A stretch of DNA of 43,586 bases. Origin: Candidatus Micrarchaeota archaeon (lineage in GTDB: Archaea > Micrarchaeota > Micrarchaeia > Micrarchaeales > CABMGC01). The notes beneath the pieces were generated by a model. The model worked only from the letters and a program-made list of their open reading frames with translations. It did not search any database and was not told the DNA's origin. The stretch is taken from contig DAHWIK010000022.1 in assembly GCA_027345185.1 (NCBI GenBank), positions 1 to 43,586 of the forward strand, given 5' to 3'. Below, in pieces: positions 1 through 8,794 of the stretch (position 1 is its first letter; each line of letters opens with the position of its first letter). The position numbers were made by a program, and so were the translations under genes.

Positions 1-863
1 AATGGGGAGCAGATAGAACCGTGGACGACAAACCTAGAAGTGGTAAACCATCAAAACTGACACCAGAAGATGACAAAGAAATCAAAGACCTTATAGACAA
101 CAAGAAACCCAAAGATTTCGGGATAAACGCTGCAACTTGGACGACCAGGGAACTGCGAGAATATTTTCTGAAGTCCCATAATAAGGATATTGCTGAAGAA
201 ACCATCAGAGTGCACCTTCGCAAGACAGGTGCAAAGTATGTTAAATCGCAGTTAAGATACAAAGAGGCAGACATGAATAAACAGGTGAAATTTGCCCAAA
301 ATTTTCTCACTCTCTCAACAGAATCCGATTTCACCAAAATAGTATTTATCGACGAGATGTCTGTATCTACATCTGCACATAACGGTTATGGATGGACGTA
401 CAATCAGAGACTTGTGGTTGATGCGCCTCAAAAAGGGGTAGAAAGGGCAAACTACTTCGGCGCGGTGGAGGTCTCAGAAGGCGAGATAATCGAGACTGTA
501 AGGAAGAGCGCAAAGACGCCGTCATTCCTCTTGCTACTTCATAAAATAGACGATAGATATCCTAACGACAAAGTGCTTATATTGATGGATAACAGCGCAG
601 TCCATCACGATAAACGAGTAGCACGGTTCTTCGGTAAAAAGGATCATATGAAACCTCTGTTCCTACCTCCGTATTCACCAGAAATCAATCCAGAGGAATA
701 TGTCCATAATTATTTGAGGAACAAAACACTGAACAACTGCAATTTTATGAGCATAAAACAGATAGGTATAGTGATTGCAAACTTTATCAGGCGGATGGAC
801 CAGAAAATGATAAAGAGTATTGCGCCATTGGCACCTATTGAGGCATTACTTTCGGTCAAATGA
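1..863 (+). CDS. IS630-family transposase (5' end outside window)
   Basis: The frame is open to the window start (WGADRTVDDKPRSGKP). It has a wHTH region (WTTRELREY) and the DDE triad VFIDEMS / MDNSAVHH / LPPYSPEINPEE. Confidence 0.92.
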   Translation, partial: WGADRTVDDKPRSGKPSKLTPEDDKEIKDLIDNKKPKDFGINAATWTTRELREYFLKSHNKDIAEETIRVHLRKTGAKYVKSQLRYKEADMNKQVKFAQNFLTLSTESDFTKIVFIDEMSVSTSAHNGYGWTYNQRLVVDAPQKGVERANYFGAVEVSEGEIIETVRKSAKTPSFLLLLHKIDDRYPNDKVLILMDNSAVHHDKRVARFFGKKDHMKPLFLPPYSPEINPEEYVHNYLRNKTLNNCNFMSIKQIGIVIANFIRRMDQKMIKSIAPLAPIEALLSVK

Positions 864-890
864 CTGTTGTGGGACTTTCAAGGAAAGCTA
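1..890 (+). mobile_element. IS630 element, right end at about 890 followed by TA target
   Basis: The transposase stops at 863, then ...ctttcaaggaaagcta|TA|atg. IS630 elements insert at TA, and ankyrin-coding sequence starts right after. The left end is not visible, so the TIR cannot be confirmed. Confidence 0.6.
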
Positions 891-1135
891 TAATGTTCGT
901 GGCAAGGTACGGATTTGAGCCTATTGCAACCATGCTCCTTGATTATGGCGCCGACCCTTTCGCAAGAAGCAATTACGGACTGGCTGCCAACGACTTTGCA
1001 AAGGTCGCAGGCCATAGCAGCCTGCTTGGGATAATCCCAAGCGACGATGCCTTTAGGAAGGAATTGCAGCGCGGCTCTGAGGCAATTTCAAGGCTGAGAA
1101 GAGGGATTCATGAACAGCGCATAAAGGTGTTTTGA
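891..1135 (+). pseudogene. 3' remnant of ankyrin-repeat gene interrupted by IS630
   Basis: MFVARYGFEPIATMLLDYGADPFARSNYGLAANDFA is an ankyrin repeat lacking its GxTPL start. The first ~11 codons of ORF 860-1135 lie in IS sequence. Confidence 0.65.
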
Positions 1136-1148
1136 TGGAGGATAACTA

Positions 1149-1508
1149 ATGCGGGCTGCAATGCATGGAAATCTTGAAACCGTTGTGTTCTTTGTAGAAA
1201 AAGGCGCAAACATTAATGCCAGGGATAATTTTTCCTGGACGCCGCTCATGAATGCCGCAAGCGTTAATGACACTCCCGAACGGCTTGAAATGGTGAAGTT
1301 TCTTGTGGGAAAAGGTGCAGATATAAACGTAATAAACCGCAATGGAATGACCGCATATGAATTGGCGAAGAAGTTGAAGAATGAGAATATTGCAGTATTC
1401 CTATCTTGCGCTGAAACGTCGGTAATGGTGATGGCCGATGCAAGGGTCGCGCTGGGGAGATTGCGGAGAGGGTCTGCTGAAAATGGTGCAAGGAGGATCA
1501 CGGTCTAA
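1149..1508 (+). CDS. Ankyrin-repeat protein with basic C-terminal tail
   Basis: AAMHGNLETVVFFVEKGANINARDNFSWTPLMNAA and FLVGKGADINVINRNGMTAYELA; a GGAGG SD-like motif lies upstream. Confidence 0.88.
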   Translation: MRAAMHGNLETVVFFVEKGANINARDNFSWTPLMNAASVNDTPERLEMVKFLVGKGADINVINRNGMTAYELAKKLKNENIAVFLSCAETSVMVMADARVALGRLRRGSAENGARRITV

Positions 1509-1608
1509 ACAGCCACTGAATAATGCGTGGATATACTGCGGTGCGAAATCATTTATCAGAATATATAATAAATTATAGCCTTTCAATTAATAGAGTATAT
1601 GGGATTAC

Positions 1609-3198
1609 ATGAATCATAAGTTAGAAACCAGCATACTTAGATTCCTCATCGTATCATGCATGCTGATTGGTATTTCATACGCCTCCTCGTTCCAGTTAAG
1701 TTCTGTTTATCTGAACAACACAGCAAATCCAGGGCATACCCTGCAGCCCAACCAGCCAGAAGCCCAGGGAGTCTGGTCATTTAACGTATCGTTCAACAGC
1801 ACTGGGCAGAACATAAACGCAAGCATAGGGTCAGGAGCAATTAATTATACCGACTCTGCAGGTAGGCAGATAACAGCTTCTTACCCTCTGCGGATATATG
1901 GCACTCTGAGCCAACAGAAGACCTCGTATTACACAGTCAATACGTTCAGGCTTGTGCCGATACAGACAATGTCTTCTTATTATACGGTTGGCACTGTTAC
2001 TCAGAGCGGAATATACCAGAACGCCACTCCTGCCCCGCAGTGCTATCCTACTGGGCTTTACTCGGAGTGGGATCTATACTTAAGCGTTCAGCCGAGCTTC
2101 GGCAGCATAGTAAATAATGTTCCTGTAGGGCGGGTATGCATATACAATGAGACTGTGGGATGGGCAGAGGTGCTTCCTGTGTCCCCTATAGTCCGGCTCT
2201 TTGCGAACATATCACTTTATGCAAACGGTCAGCATGAGGTACTGCAGTTGCCTTATAATAATACACCGGCTATCTCTAGTGACAGGCTTGCAGAGGCATG
2301 GTGGATAAACCAGACAGGCATAGCGCTTGGAGGAACAGCAGCGCCAAATGGCACAGATTATGTAGCACTCAATGACTCTAAGGGGCATTGGTATCTTCAG
2401 AATGCTGGCACATACATGAGGTGGTACACGCAGTATTACAAATTCACTCAGAGCAAAATACCAAACTTCAATCAGCATTTCAATCCGACCAGCCTAGGCA
2501 TAGTTTCCAGTTCGTGCGTTGTTGTATCTGCTACACAACTTACCAACCAGTCAGTCAAAAATGCAGTTAACTGCATGAATACAACAGCTTCAGTTTACTA
2601 TTCGTTGTCGAATCTTCAGGCTGCAGCGCTTATGTATTCGGTGCAGAACCTGTCTGGATATCAATATGAGATAACCAATTTTGACGGAAGCCCTGCATTT
2701 GCAATAAACCTCCCTGCAAGATTCACACCCAATCCTAGGATAAGGTTCGCTCTGAATGGTCAGTTCCTAGGGTTTTCACTTCCTGCAGGAGCCCCGCAGA
2801 TACTCATAGTAAATGCATCTCCTGTCAGCATATCAGGGACAGGAACCTTGACAATGCTCGTTGAGAATTATGGAACAACCCAGGGGCTTTTCAAAGTCTC
2901 GATAAACGACTGCTCTGGAGTATCGGCTGAGCCGGGAGTGAGCTATACTGTTGGATCCGGCCAGGTAGCAAACATAACAACATCATTCACAGCTCCTAAT
3001 GCAAACCTTACCCTGAACGAGCAGTGCGAAGTGCAGATAATGGGGGCAAATGGCGGAGGGAATACAAAGACAGTCGCTCTGGTCTCCCAGACCCCTAATG
3101 AATATCTGCATAATGAACTAGAAGGGGCGCAAAGCGCTTTGTGCGATAGCGACGGGATATTCACAGAATTCCTATGCCAGTATGTAGGGATAGGATAA
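1609..3198 (+). CDS. Secreted/cell-surface glycoprotein, unknown function
   Basis: N-terminal signal peptide (RFLIVSCMLIGISYA), many N-x-S/T sequons, several Cys, and an Ig/CARDB-like C-terminal beta region (GTLTMLVENYG). Confidence 0.75.
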   Translation: MNHKLETSILRFLIVSCMLIGISYASSFQLSSVYLNNTANPGHTLQPNQPEAQGVWSFNVSFNSTGQNINASIGSGAINYTDSAGRQITASYPLRIYGTLSQQKTSYYTVNTFRLVPIQTMSSYYTVGTVTQSGIYQNATPAPQCYPTGLYSEWDLYLSVQPSFGSIVNNVPVGRVCIYNETVGWAEVLPVSPIVRLFANISLYANGQHEVLQLPYNNTPAISSDRLAEAWWINQTGIALGGTAAPNGTDYVALNDSKGHWYLQNAGTYMRWYTQYYKFTQSKIPNFNQHFNPTSLGIVSSSCVVVSATQLTNQSVKNAVNCMNTTASVYYSLSNLQAAALMYSVQNLSGYQYEITNFDGSPAFAINLPARFTPNPRIRFALNGQFLGFSLPAGAPQILIVNASPVSISGTGTLTMLVENYGTTQGLFKVSINDCSGVSAEPGVSYTVGSGQVANITTSFTAPNANLTLNEQCEVQIMGANGGGNTKTVALVSQTPNEYLHNELEGAQSALCDSDGIFTEFLCQYVGIG

Positions 3199-3203
3199 AG
3201 GAA

Positions 3204-4331
3204 TCAACCAATCTTGTTCTCGAGTCCCTCATTTACGAATTGGCTTATCTTAGCACTGTCTGTTATGAGCGGCGTTGATTTAAGCATCTCCTGGTAGGTC
3301 CACTGTGGACCGAATATTACCCTTAGGTCATTTATTGTGAATCCGGGATTCCTCTCCCTGCACAGCTCCAATATGTCATTCACTAATATGTCCGGGGGCG
3401 TAGGGCCCTTTGGCGCACCTGATTCAATCATGTCTCCGTTCAATGCAGTCCTGAGCACCCATATTCCCCTGTTGTCAGTGCTGTATTCGGATTCGGAGTC
3501 TATGAACTCTAAATCAAGGCATTGGCCTCCTTCGAAGATTAGCCTCATGCGCTTCCGCTCATGCTGTATCTTAAGTCCCAACCCTACACGTATGTCTGCC
3601 ATTGCTCCTTCCTTGAAGAATGCACCTGATATCTTGACCCGCGCGTGAACCCCTGTCGGATCGCCGACAACATATGCCGGATTTGCAACATACGGATGCA
3701 TCTCCTTTAGCTCGAATCTCTCAGCAATAGCACCCTTGTAATAAGTCTCGAAGGGGTGTATTAGGTCCATGAACACCCCTCCGTTCTTCATCTGGAATAG
3801 CCACAGCCTCCTTCTGTCAACGTTGGGGTGTTCGGGCTCAAAGAACGTGAACGATGTGGCGACTATCTTGCCGTACTCTTTTGTCATCCTCTTGAGCATC
3901 TCGACAAGCCCGATGGTAAGCAGCTTGTGTGCATAGTGAAGATGAAGGTACGATTTGTTCTGCAGGCCGTTCTTCTCTATGTAATCAAGAACGCCCTCAA
4001 ACTCCTGCTTGTTGCCTCCGAAGGTCTTCTCTGTCAGCACTATCTTCCCCTTTGAAAGGGATTGCATAGTCTGCTGCGCGTGGAACTCGTTTGGATCAGA
4101 GACATGCACTATGTCCAGCCCCTCAAAGAATCCTTCGGGAATAGTCGTATTGCCATTTATCTGGTAGTAATTCGACTCTGGAACGTTTAGGTTGGCAAGC
4201 CTATCCTTTTTTGATTCAACGGCGCTAGCCCCTGCAACCTTGAGCAGCTTTATCTCGTTGGTCTTGACCATTCCGGCGTACAGCCTCTCGAACCAATGCC
4301 CCATACCTATAACTCCGAGATTATATGCCAT
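3204..4331 (-). CDS. Gfo/Idh/MocA-family NAD(P)-dependent oxidoreductase
   Basis: LGVIGMGHW Rossmann motif, DIVHVSDPNEFH, VLTEK and GGVFMDLIH; overlaps the gnd stop. Confidence 0.8.
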   Translation of the reverse strand: MAYNLGVIGMGHWFERLYAGMVKTNEIKLLKVAGASAVESKKDRLANLNVPESNYYQINGNTTIPEGFFEGLDIVHVSDPNEFHAQQTMQSLSKGKIVLTEKTFGGNKQEFEGVLDYIEKNGLQNKSYLHLHYAHKLLTIGLVEMLKRMTKEYGKIVATSFTFFEPEHPNVDRRRLWLFQMKNGGVFMDLIHPFETYYKGAIAERFELKEMHPYVANPAYVVGDPTGVHARVKISGAFFKEGAMADIRVGLGLKIQHERKRMRLIFEGGQCLDLEFIDSESEYSTDNRGIWVLRTALNGDMIESGAPKGPTPPDILVNDILELCRERNPGFTINDLRVIFGPQWTYQEMLKSTPLITDSAKISQFVNEGLENKIG

Positions 4332-5244
4332 GCAGTCTCTCCTTCTTCACTTCGTGTCCTCCAAATTCGTGCCTCAAAGACGCAATGACCCTCTTGCTGA
4401 ACTTCTTTGCGTCACGGGATTCGAAACGTTCGTACAGAGATGTGGTTATTGCACTGAAAGGTATATTGTAATCTACAGCCTCCTTGACCGACCACTTGCC
4501 CTCTCCTGTGTCTTCAACATACGGGGCTATCGAATCAAGATGAGGGTCTAGCTCCAGAGCTTTTGATGCGAGCTCAATTAGGTATCCGCGTATCACGGAT
4601 CCGTTGTTCCACAACTCGGTGAGTTTCTTGAGATTTATGTTCTTATATGGACCGTTCTCAACAAGGTCAAGACCCTCAGCTATAGACTGCATCATCCCGT
4701 ACTCTATGGCATTGTGAACCATCTTAGTGAAGTGACCTGTCCCGCTCTCTCCTGTGTAAAGGTATCCTTTGGGAACGCTTAAGTCCTTGAATATATGCTC
4801 TGACCTATTGAACGCATTCTTGTCTCCTCCGATCATTATCGACATTCCGTTCAGCGCGCCGCTAGGCCCTCCGCTGCACCCAGCGTCCAGATATGATATT
4901 CCCATCTTTGCAAGCTCTGCGTTTAGTATTACTGCGTCTTTGTAGTAAGAGTTTGAGCCATCTATTATCGTATCACCTTTCTTGCAATGTGAAGCAAGCT
5001 CACGTATTATGCTTACGGTGATATCCCCTGATGTCAGCATGACCCAAACGGTCCTTGGTCCCTTCAAGTATGCAGCAAGTTCCTTGACTGACTTGGCCTT
5101 CCTTGCGCCTTTTGAGGCAACATCGTTTAGAGGCCCCGTGGATCTGTTGTACGCAGTAACAGAATAGCCCTTACTTAGCATCTGCAAAGCAATATTCTTC
5201 CCCATCTTTCCTAGGCCGACGATCCCTATCTCTTTTCCTGCCAC
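4321..5244 (-). CDS. gnd: 6-phosphogluconate dehydrogenase, decarboxylating (short YqeC type)
   Basis: GIVGLGKMG, IIDGSNS, SGGPSGA, GHFTKMVHNAIEYGMMQ, DTGEGKW and LRHEFGGH; GTG start at 5244 is likely. Confidence 0.95.
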   Translation of the reverse strand: MAGKEIGIVGLGKMGKNIALQMLSKGYSVTAYNRSTGPLNDVASKGARKAKSVKELAAYLKGPRTVWVMLTSGDITVSIIRELASHCKKGDTIIDGSNSYYKDAVILNAELAKMGISYLDAGCSGGPSGALNGMSIMIGGDKNAFNRSEHIFKDLSVPKGYLYTGESGTGHFTKMVHNAIEYGMMQSIAEGLDLVENGPYKNINLKKLTELWNNGSVIRGYLIELASKALELDPHLDSIAPYVEDTGEGKWSVKEAVDYNIPFSAITTSLYERFESRDAKKFSKRVIASLRHEFGGHEVKKERLHGI

Positions 5245-5313
5245 TAAATCCCCAGTACAGGATTGTATCATGGATTAAAAGTTATAAATATGTGATCTTT
5301 CATCTTTTATGAC

Positions 5314-5874
5314 ATGCTAAAATCAGCGCCAAAAAAGTATGGGCCTGCAAATGAACCAGAATTGATGGGCTATCTGGCCGGTGAGCTTACCGAAAAGGCG
5401 ATTAGCATGAAGCTTTCTGCTATTTTAGGCTGCAGGTATACGCTGATTAATGGGCATGCGCCTTTCACCGCACCCAACTTCGGAGAATACAGAGGTATGA
5501 CCCCTAAGAATCTGGACGTAGTCCAAATAGATGCCAGGACTGGCAATGTGGCTGCCATATATGAGGTTAAGAGCACGACAACAGATAAGGTAGAGTTTAA
5601 TGTGAACGGCCAGTCTGGTATATTCATGGCCCATGCCGCAGAGCTGGGAATACCTACATTCCTTGTTGTGGTGCGGATGGACCGCAGTATCAGCGAGGAT
5701 GTTCTGAGAAAGGAGCTATCAACAGGCAAAGTGGTTATAAACCCAGAAGCATATCTGTCAGAAGTCAACCATCTGTTGAAAACTTCACGTGTAGAGCTAT
5801 ATGACTCGGCTCGGTTTATGGTTGAAGGCGGAAAGTTTCTGGTTTCTGGAGTCCCGAAGTCATTGGAGTCCTGA
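5314..5874 (+). CDS. PD-(D/E)XK nuclease-fold protein
   Basis: GELTEK...NLDVVQID...IYEVKST matches the E/D/ExK catalytic arrangement. Confidence 0.6.
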   Translation: MLKSAPKKYGPANEPELMGYLAGELTEKAISMKLSAILGCRYTLINGHAPFTAPNFGEYRGMTPKNLDVVQIDARTGNVAAIYEVKSTTTDKVEFNVNGQSGIFMAHAAELGIPTFLVVVRMDRSISEDVLRKELSTGKVVINPEAYLSEVNHLLKTSRVELYDSARFMVEGGKFLVSGVPKSLES

Positions 5875-5876
5875 CA

Positions 5877-6305
5877 TTATTGAACTATCTCTACATTTCC
5901 GTCAATTAAATGAGCAAGCATAAATCCTGAGTCAGGAGTGCAAGAAAGAACCTGCCGCTGTATCTGGTCTCTGCAGTTGCTTAATATTTTTATCTTGGTT
6001 TTCCTGTTTTTAAGGATATTATTCTGTTCGGACAGGTTTGCATGATAAATAATGCCAAATTCCGATGAGCGGTCTTTTATCTGAACTGCTCCGCTGGCAT
6101 CCACTCCGTTAGTTATAAGTAATTTCAACAGCTCTTCTTCTGATGCAAGTTCATTCTGGCTGCTGATCCTCTCAGAACCGGTAGCTTCGGCCGACTTTAT
6201 CGTTATCTTTGGAACATTGATTCGTATTCTCTTTGCAAATATCAGGAATCCAATGGCAAATAGTATCTCTGGCACACTAACTAGGAGCTGGTATGCGAAG
6301 TTCAT
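5877..6305 (-). CDS. Hypothetical protein with N-terminal TM helix (last gene of ATPase cluster)
   Basis: Hydrophobic N-terminus (LLVSVPEILFAIGFLIFAKR); ATGA overlap with the upstream gene. Confidence 0.65.
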   Translation of the reverse strand: MNFAYQLLVSVPEILFAIGFLIFAKRIRINVPKITIKSAEATGSERISSQNELASEEELLKLLITNGVDASGAVQIKDRSSEFGIIYHANLSEQNNILKNRKTKIKILSNCRDQIQRQVLSCTPDSGFMLAHLIDGNVEIVQ

Positions 6306-6976
6306 GCCCTCACTATCTCAAGATTCCCGTTCCTCAAGCTTATGAACCTGTATCCCCTGCTTCTCAGCTCGTTTATTGCCTCTGCAATGGTCTCTTGGGT
6401 CACTCCAAGCTCCCTTGATATCGCTGTATGGTCGAACCCGTTGCCATATTTGCAGAGCATTAGGGTTGAAACAGTAGAAATAAGTCTTGACTTGAGCTCA
6501 TTTGAGTATTTTTCAAGCCTATTCCTCTGTCCAAGTAGTTCTATGACGCGTTTTGAAAGTATGATATCGGCTCTGCGGTTGAAATTGCTGGCCCTGTTCT
6601 CGTGAATTAATATATCGCTGTTTGAAAGGAGATACGTCAGGTATGGAAGCAGGCCCCGTAAATCTATCTCATAGTCCTCTGACAATGCAATGGAAACGCT
6701 CATCAGCCTGAGCACCGATTCTTTCATGAAATATGTTGGTGAAGATGTTGAATTGGTGGTCATTGTTATCCTGTCCTTCTCCAATTCAAGCACATGGAAC
6801 CTGTCGGCCTGCGTTTCATACCCTATAAGGTAAGTTATCCTGGTCCCTGTGGCCACTTGCTTGATGGCTGGATAGCAGGATATCCTTGATTTTACACTTG
6901 GCATGCTGGTTTTAATTCTTGCCTCAAGTCTTATCCTGCTTGAGAAATAGATCTTTCCCTTGTTTTTCGTATTCAT
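6302..6976 (-). CDS. Hypothetical protein with coiled coil and C-terminal winged HTH
   Basis: DHTAISRELGVTQETIAEAINELRSRGYRF is wHTH-like; translationally coupled on both sides. Confidence 0.65.
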   Translation of the reverse strand: MNTKNKGKIYFSSRIRLEARIKTSMPSVKSRISCYPAIKQVATGTRITYLIGYETQADRFHVLELEKDRITMTTNSTSSPTYFMKESVLRLMSVSIALSEDYEIDLRGLLPYLTYLLSNSDILIHENRASNFNRRADIILSKRVIELLGQRNRLEKYSNELKSRLISTVSTLMLCKYGNGFDHTAISRELGVTQETIAEAINELRSRGYRFISLRNGNLEIVRA

Positions 6977-8070
6977 GCACCAATATTGCTTATTGCTATG
7001 GAGAAGGCGTCGGCTATGCTTGAGTTGCTGAATCCGATTTTCTGTAGTCTCAGCAGTATGCCGCGCCTGTCTGCACCGTTTTCAATCAGTTTCGCCACTA
7101 GGTCAGGTAGAGTTATGCAGTTTTCCTTGACCTTATCCTTTACATGAACCAATTTACCCCTTCCGCACAGTGAAGCAACCATTTCGTCGAATTCTGTCAC
7201 GCTTATTCCAATCTCCATTCCAGCACCTGTTCTAATTCTTATCGTATTGGTGTCCCGTATCCCTATAACTTTGCGTATGGTGAATGCTGACCTTACACCG
7301 GATTTGTGAAGCTGAATTACAAAGCAGCTGCCAAGGTCAAGATCTTGTATGCTTTTGAGCTCCTTCTCCGACAGGTTGAAGTTTTTTGACAGAGTCTCAA
7401 GGCTTTTGATGTTTGTTGTCTTGAATATGAAGATCGTGGCCATGTTTGATAGGATGTTTGCGCTTGTGTCGTGCAGGAGCTGGGATGACGTTATCAGGCC
7501 AACGCCATATTTTCTGCCCTCCCTTATGATTGTCTCGAGCCCCTTGTTCTTTTCTATGAGCTTCCATGCCTCGTCGATCAGTATCATCAGCCTGTTCCTC
7601 TGCTTGTAGCCTCTCTTTCTCATCAGTTCTGCGGCCTTGTCGAAAATCTCTGATGCCTTTGCCACCTTTTCACTTTCTGATAGCCCATGCAGGTCTATGT
7701 GCATCACGCCTTGGCCCTCTCCAAAAAGCCCTTCCAGACCTGGTGAATTTATGACCTGAAGGCTTGATGCGGCTTCAAGGTATTCTCCTGTAAAATCGAT
7801 AAGCAGCACGTTTGAGCTTGAAAACATGTACATGCGTGCGAAAAGGCTTTTTGCAAGATAGGTCTTTCCTCCACCGGTCATTCCACATATCAATATGTGC
7901 GGATTCAGCAGGTTTCTGAAATCTATGAATGCGGGCATGTTTAAATGGCTGGTATTTCCCAGCAGGGTCCCATCTTCAGAGCTTCTGGCGCTGGTTTCCA
8001 GGTCCGGCTCTGGAGATATTGGCATATATATCAAATTGGCAACGCTTTCTGAGCTTATCAGGTCTAGCAA
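6973..8070 (-). CDS. HerA/VirB4/FtsK-superfamily ATPase (DUF87-like)
   Basis: Walker A HILICGMTGGGKT, LIDFTGEY, Walker B ILIDEAW, REGRKYGVGLITSSQ. Confidence 0.9.
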   Translation of the reverse strand: MLDLISSESVANLIYMPISPEPDLETSARSSEDGTLLGNTSHLNMPAFIDFRNLLNPHILICGMTGGGKTYLAKSLFARMYMFSSSNVLLIDFTGEYLEAASSLQVINSPGLEGLFGEGQGVMHIDLHGLSESEKVAKASEIFDKAAELMRKRGYKQRNRLMILIDEAWKLIEKNKGLETIIREGRKYGVGLITSSQLLHDTSANILSNMATIFIFKTTNIKSLETLSKNFNLSEKELKSIQDLDLGSCFVIQLHKSGVRSAFTIRKVIGIRDTNTIRIRTGAGMEIGISVTEFDEMVASLCGRGKLVHVKDKVKENCITLPDLVAKLIENGADRRGILLRLQKIGFSNSSIADAFSIAISNIGA

Positions 8071-8793
8071 TCAAACACCGCTATAGTCCAGGAGAGCCTC
8101 CCCCCTAAGGATATCGTAATCGAGCCCAAGGGACGCTGAGAACTTGTTGGCGAGTATCTCTATGTTTTTGGCTGAATAGGCTTCAGCATCGTTCTGGTCA
8201 TCCGAGGTGCTTATGGACTTTATCCTTATTACGAATTGGAAGGATTTGCCAGAGGATGCAAGGCTTGATATATCGCCGTTTATTAGGTCTATCTGGCGCT
8301 TCAGGAAGCTCGCTTTGTCATAGGACTTCTCCCCTATCCTTGAGAGGGCTATTTCCTTCATCCTCAGCTTCGCCCTGAGATTATCCAATATCTTTGTCTT
8401 GTCTGCCTCTGACAGCTCAACCGAGAACTCGAAACGCTCGTTCAGGCTGTCGAGAAGATCCTTCAATGAGTGGCTCTTCACCTCGGAGCCGGCCCTTGGC
8501 TTCAGCAGCGCTATGGATATTGCCCTGAATAATTCGCCCTCCTTGCGCGATATTGAAACCAGATTCGTGCTTATCCTGTAATTTCCGGAGAGCATGACTA
8601 TCTTTGATCTTTTAATCAGGAGATTATTGATTATGTGACCTGAATGCAGCATAATGACGGCAAAAAGCAGGAGCAGGGCTGAGGCAAGCAGTATTGCAGG
8701 ATTGGAAAGGATAAGAGCGGTGATAAAAATCGCCGCAGATAGCGCATATGCCATGTAGAAATTGTTCTTGTTGTCTTGATTTGCGGTTTGCAT
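8071..8793 (-). CDS. Membrane protein (2 TM) with soluble domain resembling a VirB4 N-terminal part
   Basis: Two N-terminal TM helices, then a coiled coil and an alpha/beta C-terminus; abuts the ATPase start. Confidence 0.55.
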   Translation of the reverse strand: MQTANQDNKNNFYMAYALSAAIFITALILSNPAILLASALLLLFAVIMLHSGHIINNLLIKRSKIVMLSGNYRISTNLVSISRKEGELFRAISIALLKPRAGSEVKSHSLKDLLDSLNERFEFSVELSEADKTKILDNLRAKLRMKEIALSRIGEKSYDKASFLKRQIDLINGDISSLASSGKSFQFVIRIKSISTSDDQNDAEAYSAKNIEILANKFSASLGLDYDILRGEALLDYSGV

Positions 8794-8794
8794 G

